Assembly: GCA_026026165.1 (NCBI GenBank)
Contig: JAPEUD010000047.1
Location: forward strand, 1 to 64,000
Origin: Sarea resinae
Taxonomy: Eukaryota
Reading direction: 5' to 3'
Length of the DNA: 64,000 nt
The notes under the pieces are model-generated. The model searched no databases. It saw nothing but the letters and a program-made list of their open reading frames with translations, and was not told where the DNA came from. Within the stretch, counting starts at the first letter, position 1. Each line of letters begins with the position of its first letter. The position numbers were made by a program, and so were the translations under genes. This document shows positions 51,670 through 64,000 of the stretch, piece by piece.

Positions 51670-52074
51670 GAACTGCCCCCAAGGCCTGCCAACTTCAAGT
51701 GCGGTCACGACCGAGGTCTACCACTCTACCATTCCAATTCTCACCGTCCGACATCTCTGCGGCATCACCCTCTTTGGCTGTGGATGTGCTGCCTTCGTTG
51801 CCAGCACAGTCTCGTCTTGTCGCTCACCAACACCGACAGAGGCCCTCGACTCCTCTCACGACACCCCCGAGAGGCTACCTTCTCCTGAGACCGGCGGCCC
51901 CCCCGCCCTCCGCTGCCTCTGATGCGCCGCCACCTCGACCTGTCGATAACGGTTGCATTGGCCTCGTGGTATCGAGCGTAGACCCGATAACCATCGCATT
52001 TGTATCTCTCATCCTCGGGTCTCCCATTGGCGACCAAGAATAGGGCGAAAGGCTCAAGTGTGAGGGTGAATACC

Positions 52075-55000
52075 ATGGAGTCTCCCGGAGTGATCCCGGA
52101 GTCCCCATTAGACCAGGAAGATGCGATATATCCGTGCAAAGGCTGTGGCGAGGTATGCCCATCTTCTGCAAACGGTCATGGATTTGGCGATTTGGGCTGG
52201 GGGGGTGAATGCTAAATCTTTCTCAAACAGATTCTCGAAGAAGGCAAGGCGTTTGAACTTGGTAAGCTCATCCACGGCGATGCCCGCCCCTGAGTCCGGT
52301 ATCATCGTATGCAGCCCAGCCTGCTGACTTTGGTGTGAAGCCGGAAACCGCTGGCATATAGATTGCTTTCGTTGTAATACCTGCGGCACACTCCTTGATT
52401 CGGACGCCAATCTACTCTTGCTCGGAGATGGCTCTCTCATATGCAACAATTGCACGTACAGCTGCAATGCGTGCGGCAACAAGATCGAAGACCTTGCCAT
52501 CCTGACCGGTGATCAAGCGTTCTGCGCGAGCTGTTTCCGCTGTCGCAACTGCAAGCGCAAGATCGAGAACCTCCGCTATGCTCGCACGTCTCAAGGAATC
52601 TTCTGCATGAATTGTCACGAATCGCTCATGGCTCGGCGGCGGAAGAAGTCCAAGTTGGCAAAGCAGCAGACAGCGAACAACTCCTCACCAATGCTCCTCG
52701 ACAAATCTCTCCCATCACTCCCTCCCAGCGCCGTACCCCAAAGCGAGTTTTCGTCCGACGACGGCAAGGCTTCTTCAGAGATCACGATAGAAACCGCGGT
52801 AAACGAGCTCTCACCTCGTCCTAGGCCACCTAATCCAAGATCTGCTTCATCACGGAGCTCGCGAAGAGATCGTTCTCCCGCCCCTCCATCCGATTTCCGT
52901 CAAGGTACCATCTCTTGCTTCACTCTGGCCCAGCACGTCTCACTAACTCATACAGAAAACCTCACCTTGCCCTCAACTACCTACAAATCTACCAATCGTC
53001 ATTCTACAATCTCACATCAATCAGATCTTTCGGGTGAAACCGAAGATTTCTTCATCCCGTTGGCACTTGACACGAGTCCTGTGCCTGGACCGCCTCCAGT
53101 GATCAGAAATAAAAGCGCGGAGCACGAAGCTCCTGAGAAGATGAAGCCAAAGCTCACGGAGAACAAAGTCGGTGGTCGCGACTACTTCGCTGGTTCGAGA
53201 GGGCCTTCATCGCACCACCAGGGTTTGGAGAACCGACCGACCTCATCTCGATCCGCTGCACCCCCGCAGGAAGGCCAGCTTTCCTCATCCGCCGCATCCA
53301 GTCCGCATACCAGTCGTCACGAGAGGGGTCAACTGTCTTCGGAAATCCGCGATACAAGTCGCAGGCGCCAGGAGTCTTCTCGTACAGGTGGACCGACCTC
53401 AACTTCAGCTTCAGCAATGGCTAGCGCTGCAGGGTCGCGTACGCAGCCTCCTGGCTTATCCAATGGTGGATCCGTGAAAGAAAACACGGCAACTAATGGC
53501 TCAACGAGGAGTGAAAGCTTCAAATTACAAGACGTTCCCAAGGCCAAAAGATCTGGCGGTCCAGGACGGAGCCCACGTTCCGAAATTGCGCCTCCCTTCT
53601 CCGATAAATCGTCACTGGAACGTTCACACTCGCCCGCACGTGTTTCCCCTGTTGGCAAGAATGAGAACCAGCAGCCTACAGAGCATCCTCCGCGTCTGGA
53701 TACCGGTGAACCGAGGAGCGGCTCTCCCCGCGTCTCACAAGATTCAAGGAGGCACGAACGTAGTCAGACTGAGTCTGGCCACTCGAGTCCATCGATGACA
53801 TCTTCTCAACCTCTCCAAAAGCCGAAGCGAGAAGACTCTCTGAATGCGCTTCAGTCGAAGCAGTCGATCCCACGGAAAGAGCTTGCCATAGGGAGCCGAA
53901 ACCAAGTCCTTGATCATGGGACAAACGGAGCCCAGACCTCAAGTTCTGCACCAGCAGCATCCCACCCAGCAGCTGCTGCTCTCGGTGAGATCTACGGGAA
54001 AAAGGATGCTAAAGTAGATGATGCCTCGACCTTGAAACATCCGAGCGAGCCTTCTTCTGCACCGCCAGTACGCTCACAGACCCTTCCTGTATCATCGTCG
54101 ATATTGCCCCAGGACGGTTCTTTCACGACGCCACGGCCTGCTCCTCAAACGCCCTCGGAACGCCCGAGAACTCGCAATAATTCCATCAGCGTAGTACCGA
54201 CAGAGTCTCCTCGTAATGGCGAACGCCACACATCCCCAGCCTTACCCCGATACAGCGCAGGGGGAGACTTTTCGATGGACGAGGACATGGCACGCATCTT
54301 GGGTAGTGAAGGTCATGAAGGTCATACATCCGTCTTACGCCGAGTCTCCAAGGCCGTGAAACATGGTCGCAGCGCCAGCGATAAGGGCATGCGATCGCCT
54401 GGATCATACAAGTGGCCAAAATCGCCACTGAGCGGGCCGGTGCCTTCTGCGTATTCGCGTGAGATTAGCAGCCCCAGTTCCGTCGCGTCTGACGTCAAGG
54501 ACGAGGTCATGCGGTTGAGGAACGAGCTTGCCCGTACACAGCACAAGTTAGCGGAGGCCGAAGCTGAGACTAATCTGCTTAAAGAGCACCTCAGTAGTAC
54601 TGCCGACATCAAGCAAGTGAACACTGAGCTTCGCGAGAAGCGATCTACCATGGCTTTCCTTGATACGCAGAAAGAGATTGTCATCCAGGAATTGGAGACG
54701 ATGACAGAGCATATTGCCAAAGCCAAAGAGACTGGGCAGGGTTTCGATGCTAGAAATCTTCAATCCGACATCCTGCATGACTTTGGTCGTGCTCTCCAAA
54801 ACCTCAAGGATTCGTTTGCTTCGGAGATTGAAGAGCTAGTTCACCGGCGGAATCAACTGGCAGACGAGGTTGCGGCCCTCAACGCGGCCAAGGAGAAAGG
54901 ATTCCAGGAATTCGAGCAATTGACGCTGAAAAACGCCCAGTTGGCGGAGCTCAACAATCAACTGGTCCATAACATCCAGGAGCTTTACAAGGCTAACAGA

Positions 55001-56400
55001 GAGCCAATAGTCGGTCCACCGCTAGATAGCGTAAGACCTCCTCCGAACGGCTTGGGCATCTACACGCATCATTACAAGGAGAGGTCGGATGTATCCGTAG
55101 AGGCTCGGGAACAACAGCGTCCTAGCACCGCCGGAGAAGGATCGCAAGCTAGCTCCCAGCCTACGATGCAACAGGAACAGGAAGCCGAGCCAGCAACAGT
55201 CCTTACCGCTCCTCAGGTCGTCAACATTCGCAAGGGACAACCTAAAAAGTTCAATTGGAAGAAGGGAGGCCATAGCGTTGCCAAAGGGGTCTCAAAGGGC
55301 CTCAAAGGAGCTTTCTCGTCCAAGGATGGACAAATCACCGAAGGAGTTCCATACGGCGTCATACCTCCTGGATCAGAAAATTCAAGTAGCAGTCTGCCAC
55401 GTTCGGTCAATGACTCTCGCCAAACCTTTGGGTTCTTTGGCAACCAGAAGCCTGGAACGACAAAGGCTGGGCAATGGAAGGGCGTCCCCAATGGGAGTGG
55501 AAGCTTTTCATCGTCTAATGCAGAGAATGGCGCAGGTAAGTCCGACTCATATCATGGCATCAATGGACGGTCCAAGCTGACCAGTTCTAAGTTTTGTTTG
55601 GCTCGGAGCTGGATATTCGTGCTCAGCATGAGAAGCGTGACATTCCGAGCATCATCACTCGATGTATCGAGGAAGTCGAACTTCGCGGTCTGTACCAACA
55701 ACAAGGTTTTAACTTTTCTCTCGCTGACTTCAATCATAGGCATGGATGCGGAGGGAATTTACAGAAAATCCGGTGGCGCCAGTCAGGTCAAGGTCGTGAC
55801 CGAAGGGTTCGAAAAGACGGACGATTATGACATTTCTGATCCCGATCTCGATATCCATGCCGTCACGTCTGCGCTGAAATCTTACTTTCACAAGTTGCCG
55901 ACTCCCCTCATCACCTACGAGGTCTACGATAAGATACTGGATTCGACTCGTAAGTTTATGTACCACCTTTTGTTTTTCAAGTCAGAGCTTGTGGGTCTAA
56001 CCGTGGGCCAGTAATCGCGGATGCGGATAAACGTGCCTTGGCACTGAGGACCGCCATTCTAGATCTGCCGCGTCGCCATCGCGATTGTCTTGAATTCCTC
56101 GTCTTTCACCTTGCTCGTGTTACGGATCGCGTGAAGGATAACAAGGTATGCGTCTTGTCACTTGCCGTACTCTTGGAATATCTGTCTACGACCAAAACGC
56201 CTTTCAGCTGACCCGAACTGACTGACTTTTTTTAGATGTCCCCACTCAACCTAGCTGTTGTTTTCGCCCCAACCATCATGCGTCCCCGCACGATTGAACG
56301 CGAGATGACGGATATCCAACCGAAGCAGCAGGCCGTGCAATTTATCATCGAAAACAATAAGATGATCTTCGCTGTCGAGAACGAGGCTGGGGAAGGGTGA
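52075..56400 (+). CDS. RGA1: LIM-domain Rho GTPase-activating protein (Rga1/Rga2-like)
   Basis: N-terminal LIM domains ('CKGCGE...WHIDCFRCNTC', 'CNACGNKIEDLAIL...CFRCRNC'); coiled coil; RhoGAP 'LFGSEL...CIEEVELRGMDAEGIYRKSG', 'MSPLNLAVVFAPTIM'. Confidence 0.9.
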
Positions 56401-57399
56401 GAGAGAGAGGAGAGTATGATAATGTAGAGTTGGCGGATATGTGCGCTTCTTCTGTGGGGCTTTGATCGAATGCATGCGTGGATGACAGGCATGGCTTGTC
56501 TTGACATTCCACGCCCATGCGTTGATATTGCAGGCGGTCATTTTCTTTTTGTCTCTTCGCAACAGAACCAGTCCCTCGTGTCGGGAGGACCTAGGGAGCC
56601 TACGATTGTTCCATGTATCATGTTTGGGTGTGGGGTTTTTGTTCCTCCTTTCCACTTTTCCATCTCCATTTCGTCCATCTGGGTTTGTCCCGAACATGGC
56701 GTTCTCTCTGTATGTAGCACCGAGCGAGTGGCTTTCCGTTTTCGTCTTTCGTCCGCTCCCGTGTCGGTGTTTCGTTCCGTCTCGTTACTTTACGTCACGT
56801 CACAACACGACGCGGCTTCACTTTCCGCCCCTCTTGTTCTCCTCCTGTCGTCCTCTTCCGTTGGCTTCTTCTCGACCGATCGGGCGAATTCACTTCTACT
56901 TCTTCTTCTTTCACTCTTCTTAAGACCCTTCTTTTCCCTCGTCAGCGCCACCGTTCCCCATTCCCTCTTGTCCCACTCGGTAGCTAGGTAGGTAGGTCGT
57001 ATTTGACGACGAATTCTGTTCCCCCACCTCCACAGCCTCGCGACGAATCCTCCCCGTTGTTAGAAAAGGCAAGGAAAGAAAAAGATGCAGGGAGGGAAGC
57101 AGGCAGGGAAGGAAAAGGACCAGTCAGGGGGGCGGGGGGGAGGGGGAGCAGATGACTCGACTTATTACTTTTATACCTCTGTACCTTATACCAGTCTTTC
57201 CCCCTTCTCCTTTTTCCCTTTTTCCTTCTTGCCTTTTTGCCTTCTTTTTCTGTGTCTCTGCTAATGAGATTTGATTGGGGGGATTGTTGAGTCATGTCGT
57301 GAGTGATGTCGTAGTCAGTGGCCTCCTTGATCCTCCGACCCTCCTCCTCAATCCGTGATTGTGATTAGAGCTCTCCTGAAGGAAAAGAAAGAAGGAAAA

Positions 57400-58140
57400 T
57401 TAAAGGGGGGGCGGGCGCGGGCGCGACGGTAGGATCAAGTAGAATAGAATAGAATACATTTAGAAGATTGATTTTGATTTTGATTTCAGTACTGATTCTG
57501 ATTTAGAGAGAGAGGAGAGAGGAGAGAAAGGGGACGGAAAGGGGACAGAAAGGGGAGATAAAGGAGAGAGAGAGAGAGAGACAGAAAGGAGAAAAGAGAT
57601 GGGGTATATTATATATCTATCACATGTAAAATCCGGGGTTGTGTTGAATATATTCTCTATATCTGTTTATCATCATCTACCTCTCCTCACCTACTTACTT
57701 CACTTTGCCTCCCCCCCTACGTTACCTTTCCCTACCTGGGTACGAAGTTACTGAGCTCTTCCTACCTATCTACGAAGTACCTCACCTCCTTCCTCCCTTT
57801 ACCTACATACCTGACCTTACCTACCTACTGTGCCTTGCCTTCTATTAGCTTACTTGCCGTACCTTGCCTTACCTTGCCTTGCCCTGCCTTACATACCTGG
57901 CTTATATGACCTACATGACCTACAAAACTTGATGACTTCTAACATCCCAAGCTCTTTTTTGTTTTTTTTCCCCCCTCCACCAGGTCCCCTTCCCTTCCCT
58001 TCGCTTGCTCGGTCCAGATGAGATGGGCTACTACTATTAAGGTACTGCGTATACAGACAGGTAAGGTAAGGCAAGGTGTGATGATTGCGGGTGAACGGTG
58101 CGGGTCACCTGTGGAGGCACATAGGCAGGTAGGCAGGTAG
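57400..58140. repeat. Low-complexity / microsatellite spacer between convergent RhoGAP and ASK1 genes
   Basis: (TAGAA)n, (GA)n, (CCTA)n, (CCTTG)n and (GGTAA)n are visible. Confidence 0.8.
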
Positions 58141-58492
58141 ACGGATCCATCCCAACCACATTTTATTGTGTCACTGTCTATTGCATAGGAATGATTTGAT
58201 CCGACTCGATCGAGCCTCTTCTCTGCTCGCCTCTTCGTTATCCATAGACATTGGCATTGGTGAATCGCGTGCGGGCATTTCTCCTTTCTGTTCTTCCTTC
58301 TTTCCCTCTCTCCCCCTTCCTTCTATCGCATCGCTTTCTAGATGGAGATCACGAAAGATACATACATAACTCTACCAAACGCGCGGCCCGGCCCGGCCCA
58401 GACGCCGCCAGACATAGACATAGAAAGTAGACAAAGGTATAGCATACAGAGACGGGGTTGCTCACGCTCGCTCAGACACCGGCCGGCCACGG

Positions 58493-60051
58493 CTAGAAAC
58501 TCTCGTCATCGAGCGCCTCGTTTCTTCGGATGACGGACGGACTGTCTTCTTCCAGGTCGTCGGTCACGTTCCCGCCTGCTGTCAGGAGGAGGTCTTCGAC
58601 GATGCGTTTGCTTGCTTCGCGGGCTGTGGGTTGTTGCAACGTCTTAGTAGAGTACCATCTAGGGGCCATTGACTGGCAGGCTCAGGAGTAGGGCCGGACA
58701 GCTTGTAGGAAACAGCGGTGTGACAATAGGGGAAAAAAGCTTACCAGGGGTCTGCAACAGCCGGCTTTGCGGAACGTGAAATTGCATCGTCTTCGGCGGA
58801 CTGAACGCAAGATTGGAATCATCGTCATCGCTGTCACTGTCCCATACGCCGCCCAATGAACCACCGCCACCGTTGCTCCTCTCCATGGCCGAATTCAAAG
58901 TCGTCGTCCGTCCCTTTCCAATCGTGTTTCCCTTGCCCCGAGGCGTCTGCACGCTGACGCCCGGTGTTCGCGGGGCCATAGGGGTGTGGGAGGTGACGCC
59001 ACGGACAGGGGAGGAGAAGATCTCGGCGTGCAGCTCGGGCGCAGCAATCTCGGGCGAGGACAGAGGTGATGAGTCGTCGGCTTGCCATCGACCTTTGCTT
59101 TGTGGTGTCGTGGTGCTGGCGTTGGCGTGAACTTGAGCATTGGGACGAGGCAATCGAGCTTGCGCATGCGGCGTCGTTCGCACCCTGTAGTTCTTGTCTA
59201 GCACGGTGTGGAGGAGCGGATCCGTGTTGACACCGCGGCGCTGGGTGGACGGAAGGTATGAGTTCGCGGTGCCATAGGGCGACGGCGATGGTGTCATGGA
59301 CACATCCGGCAGTTTCTGCCTGCCGGGCGTCGACGGCAGTTCTGAGGATGAGCCTTCTTCCTGTGATGAGTTTCCGTGGATCTCGTTTTTCAGTGTCTCG
59401 TAGGGCGACGGGTAGTCGGCAAAGGTGGCGCCGGTAGCGGGAGATCTTCCTTTGCTTGTTGGGCGCGGCGCTCGAGGCGTGCTGTGGGAGTCGCTGAGGG
59501 AGAGGCTGTCGAGAAGGGAGTCATCTTCTGGGCCTTCGTTGTAGCGAGACGCTTGAGGACCGGATTCGTCTGCCGTGACTGCTGTGTCATTGGCGCCGCG
59601 TGACGGCGACGAGGCGTATATATTTTCGTGCTCATCCTGCGTTGTGTCTTCCTGCATCGTCGTGTCTTCGCCCGTAGCCTCCTCGTAGCCGGAGAGAGAC
59701 ACATTGGCACTGGCCTCGAAGAATTGTTTCCAGAACTGTCCCAGAGAATATCAGTAATTGAAGGTCTGCAGTAGACAATATAACGCTGGGTCTCGAACCT
59801 TTGAACCCTCCCAAACAGCCTTGGAGTGCTCGGCGTATTGTTCGACCACTGGTAGGATACTAGTGGTGACTATCCGATGGGCGCGACTAAAGTTGTGGTC
59901 GATTTCTAGGAAACACGCCAGTCAGACTCTGATAGCTGTGCAAATCGACGGCCGCACCTTGAAGGGTAAGTGTTATTGATTGCTCTAATTTCTCCAACTC
60001 CTCAGTCAGGGACAAATTGTTGCGCGTCATGGCGTTGCTTGGTCGCGACAT
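58493..60051 (-). CDS. ASK1: DASH/Dam1 complex subunit Ask1, 4 exons
   Basis: 'LTEELEKLEQSITLTLQ-EIDHNFSRAHRIVTTSILP...VWEGSK-FWKQFFEASANVSLSGYE'; C-terminal 'SPPKTMQF', 'TPAREASKRIVEDLL'. Confidence 0.93.
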
Positions 60052-60638
60052 GGCCAAGGTAGGATAGGAGAGCCTCCCGGGATCAGTCGATATAGGGGCC
60101 AGATAACAATCAAGGGAATATTATTTCAGGAATTTGGCTGAATCGTCCAGCCTTTTCGATAATCGCGAGAGAAAGCGTGCAATGCGGTGTGTACTCTATA
60201 CGACAGATAAGAAGGTGATGGTTCATGGTGGGGTTTTGTAGGTGGACGCGACGTTGGGACAGCTGGTGCGAAGTACAAGTACACAACGTGGTAGACTACT
60301 TCGGATTACTATGAGATGTAGGCACATACTCCAAGTACTTCCAGACCCCGCTACTTTCATGTTGCGACAGCTAGAGCGCGCCAAAACCATCGATGCGAAA
60401 ACAGACAAGTAGAAACAGACGGAGACTTGAACGCTACACAATACAAGCTCGTGGCCCACGATGATTATATAAGTAACATCGGTGTTGGATTCCATTGGAT
60501 TCTAATGCGTAAACGATCGTACAGATAGATGCAAAGCTCCCTAATGGCACAATGCAAGATGCAGCGGTCGAACATCGATAGTAGGGTGACTACCCCTTAT
60601 AGATAGGCGCAATAATAAACAAATAGCCTCCCTCATCT

Positions 60639-63600
60639 CTACCTCTTACCCTTCTTCTTCGGAGCTACGACTTTAAAGGCCGAATTGCCTTCGTCCTTGG
60701 CTCCGTTCACAGAGCCCTTCTTCGCCACCTCATTCCATCCACCACTGCCCTTGTTCTCAGCATTGCCAACGGGTGAGAAGCTCTTACTGTGACCCGAAGC
60801 AGGCTCGATGATGCCTCTCTCGGCCAGCTTGCGGCGGCGAAGAAACTCTTCAGCAAAGCGATGGCCGACCATAGTCGAAGAGTTGGCGTGCACGCACTCA
60901 GAGATGATCTCAGCCTCAGCCGGGAAACTGAGAAGTTGCTGGACAAAATCATCCACTAGAAACGGTCAGTACCAGACACGACTTAGGTTCATACGAGCTT
61001 GTAATCACCATTGATGTTCGAATGCAATCCTCTGGCCAGCTCGTTCTTGGCCCACTTCGTGAATTCTTCATTTGCGTTGGGTTGACTGGAACCAACGGGT
61101 TTCGACGGCATTACAGTAGGCCTTGACTTTGGAGTTGCGGGAGTGACAGTAGATAGCTTCCCACTGGCTACACTCCTCAAAGTCGAGGCGGGAGCAGCAG
61201 GCGCGGACCCAAGAGGGGTTTTGACTTTCCCACTCGCCCCAACGGTAGTCCAGGCGCCGCTCCCAGCAGCTTGAGTTGGTGGTGTAGCCACCTTGGAAGC
61301 AAGATCGGCGTACCTCTTCCCGGCCGAGACGCTCGCTTGGACAGCAGAAGTGGTCGCAGCGTTGCTAGCACTAGCATTCGCAACGGCAGCGGCAGCGGCA
61401 GCCTTCATCTTACGTGCTTCCTCCTCCTTCTGAATCTGCTGTAGTGTCTTCTTCGTAGCAGTGGCGCTTGGGCCGGTCGGAACCTTTCCAGTCACGGGCT
61501 TTGCCCAGACAGATGATGGCGTTGCAGGTGATGTCCCACTCCCCCAGGTGGATGTTGACGGCAAGCCCGGAGTGGGAGGGGCTGGTTGGCTGAGGCGCTC
61601 CTGCTCGAGAAGCGCACGTCTCGCAGCAGCCGCAATCTCTTCCTTTTCGGCAGCCTTGCGAGCTTCAGCCTCTTGAATCTCCTTCAAAGAAGGCCCTTTC
61701 GGAGCCTCAGAAGATTCCTTCGCCCATGGAGCGATGGAGGCACTTGGCGTATCTACCGAGGGGGTTTGAGACCTCGAACGGGATTCAGCCGTCAGCGCCT
61801 CAGCGACATTCTGTCTGTTTCGTTGAGCGGCTGGAGCGGGTAATGGTGATGATGACTGTGGTGGCGGAAACGGCTGTGGCATGCCAGGTTCTGTCTTGGC
61901 CCAGGGAGACTGTGGCTGAGAAGCAGCAGCCTTTTGTACCTGTTCGGTCAGCGACAAATGCTCGGGGTCATTCTTCGCCGATCGTTCGGCCGCTTCAATT
62001 TGTGATTGCGCGTTGATGTTCCTATCTTGCGACTGTAACCCGGTGTTATACTGCGCTTGCGATGCTTGAAAATCCAGGTTCATACCGAGCTGGTCTACTG
62101 GCTTTCCTATAACTCCTTCAGGCGGACCAGCAATACGATCCTCTTCTCGTTGACCCCTCAATTCTTGGAACTGCTGCAATCTATCGTTCAGGATTCGGCC
62201 ATCATCCGGCATGGCCTGCTGCATTGCGTCGTGCTGTTGCTGCTCCCGTTGCAACCTTGCCCTATCACCTAGCATGGCAGCAATCTGCTGAGATTGAGTG
62301 TTGTTTTCTTGCTGCTGCTGCTGCTGCTGCGAAGCGGTTGCATTGGGTGTAGTTCCAAATGGGGGCTGGATAGTCCGTCCCCCCATATTAAGACGCTCCA
62401 GGAGAGCGGGCATGTCTTCATCACGGACTCCACTGAAAGGATCGGCACCGGGCCCAACGGCTGCGCCAGGGCCTTGCCTCATCGCACTATCAAAGAATCC
62501 CGGGACTCCTTGGATTGGACCTTGAGTGGGAGATGGCTGATAGCCGTTTGGGGAAGTGATACTGCCAAAGCTAGGCTGACTCTGCAGGCTGTGGGCACTG
62601 GAATGATGGTGTAGCTGCTGCGGATGCATCGCGTGCTGGGGGCCCATCTGTTGCATCTGTTTCATCATGACCTGTTGTTGTGCAAGGTGCTCTTTTTGCC
62701 TAGCCATCAAGTACTGCTCCTCCTGCTTTCTTCTCTCGAGCGCATTTTGCTGCTCGGCAGTGAGTGTTGTACCGAAGCTGGGGAAGCTATTGGCGAAGGG
62801 AGGCTGTGCTGCTCCAGCTTGGACGGGAGCCGTTCCGGGGGCAGGCGCCCCTCCCGGACCAGACCACTGGCTACTAGGAGCTGGAGGACCATGAGGGATA
62901 CCTATTTGTGGAACTAGGAACGGCTCTCGAGAATTTCCAATGCGCCGAATCAACTGAGCAAGCGGCTCATAGTCGGGTTCCTCAAACTTCTTAACGAGCA
63001 ACTCTGGAGAGAAGAAGCCCGCCTTGTACCAGTCATGCATCTCCAGTCCTGACCACGGTCCTTGTGTGATGCCTTGAGGATCGCGATAGATCCACCTCAT
63101 TCTATCAGGCATGACCATAGTGCGTTGTTGAGTGGTTGGCGGCTGATTCGAAGGCGTGCCACTGCTGGGTGTCTTTCCTGCGCTTGGCTGTGATGGATTC
63201 CTCTGCTGCTGAGGAAATTGTTGCGTAAGACCTGGAGCATTGGAAGTCGTCGGCATTGGCATCTGGAAAGACGCGTTGGCTTGCGATTGGCCAAAAGCGC
63301 TTGAAGGTGCTTCGATTGGGGTTGACGCGTCTGTGCCTCGGACTCTGCTCCTGTCAAGGGGACCGAAAAGGTCATCGAACATGCCCCGACCCGCACGCAT
63401 CGGACTGTCAGCTTCCCTTGCTAGGCCACCAAGTCCCGGAGTACCACTAGCAAAGGCTCCCCCAATTTGTCGATCACTGCCCTCTTCTTGCCGGGATTGT
63501 TCCACGCCACGCATCTGCTCCTGCATTGCTGCCGGGAACAATGATCCCATTTTGCTTCCTCGGCCAATAGTCCCACTTCCGCTTATATTGGAAGGATTTC

Positions 63601-64000
63601 CATTCCCAAAAATTCCACTTCCACCGAGGCCGGCCAGACTTGGTGACTGGAGATCTCCCATGGGTCCAAAGATGGAGTCGCCAAATGTGCCTTGGAACCC
63701 GGACCTCTCTCTGTTGGGAGTACCGACCGATCCAGGCCCAGCCGGCCAGCCCGTAGCACCGCCGAGCCCACCGAGGCCTGCAAGTCCTCCAAGACTCAGC
63801 ATACCTCTGCCGGGGCCTGCACTTGAAGTTTGGCTACGGTCGCTTGCCGCACCTTCATAGCCAGCATGAGCCCCGGTTGGTTGCTGAATACCGAAGGAGC
63901 CGATGCCTTGATCACCAGATATACCAGTCAATCCCGGAAGATGACTGGCTTGAATATCTGAACCATCTGTATCGATATCGTCGGTGTCTGCCTTCTCAAC
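60639..64000 (-). CDS. GYF-domain protein (Smy2/Mpd2/GIGYF-like); 5' part lies beyond the window
   Basis: GYF domain 'WIYRDPQGITQGPWSGLEMHDWYKAGFF'; 'SLKEIQEAE' and 'KTLQQIQKEEE' motifs; last exon 'FAEEFLRRR...FKVVAPKKKGKR'. Confidence 0.9.

Noticed and set aside
32125..60051. Apparent grouping of chromosome-segregation genes (DUF4210 protein, STU1, ASK1)
   Set aside because: Interspersed with unrelated genes; the only shared signal is weak CGCG cores, not enough to call a cluster

Overview
Eukaryotic DNA from a filamentous ascomycete (Pezizomycotina-type): short GT-AG introns with CTRAY branch points and microsatellite-rich intergenic spacers. I read 16 protein-coding genes, in order: an Mms1/DDB1-like beta-propeller protein, eIF5B, a Cya5/Pet309-like PPR protein, SRP68, an uncharacterised N-anchored membrane protein, a Fyv7-like protein, a 3-repeat Myb factor, a FAD monooxygenase, a DUF4210/FAM214-like protein, a rhodanese, ERG5/CYP61, a BSP/PBSP HExxH protein, STU1/CLASP, an Rga1-like LIM-RhoGAP, DASH subunit ASK1, and a 5'-truncated GYF protein. 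No tRNA, rRNA or CRISPR array was recognised. Best leads: (1) an in-frame ~230-codon extension upstream of STU1 with a hydrophobic N-terminus and EB1-type SxIP motifs, whose ATG lies inside a predicted intron; (2) an orphan protein with the layout of an organelle autophagy receptor (TM anchor, disordered linker, C-terminal WSEI motif); (3) a ~600-bp MITE-like element with perfect terminal inverted repeats; (4) the 12-bp palindrome TACTCCGGAGTA four times in intergenic DNA, within GTAC-rich clusters; (5) two genes where adjacent introns compensate each other's frame. Gene identities come from recalled motifs, not database searches; exon boundaries were inferred by eye.
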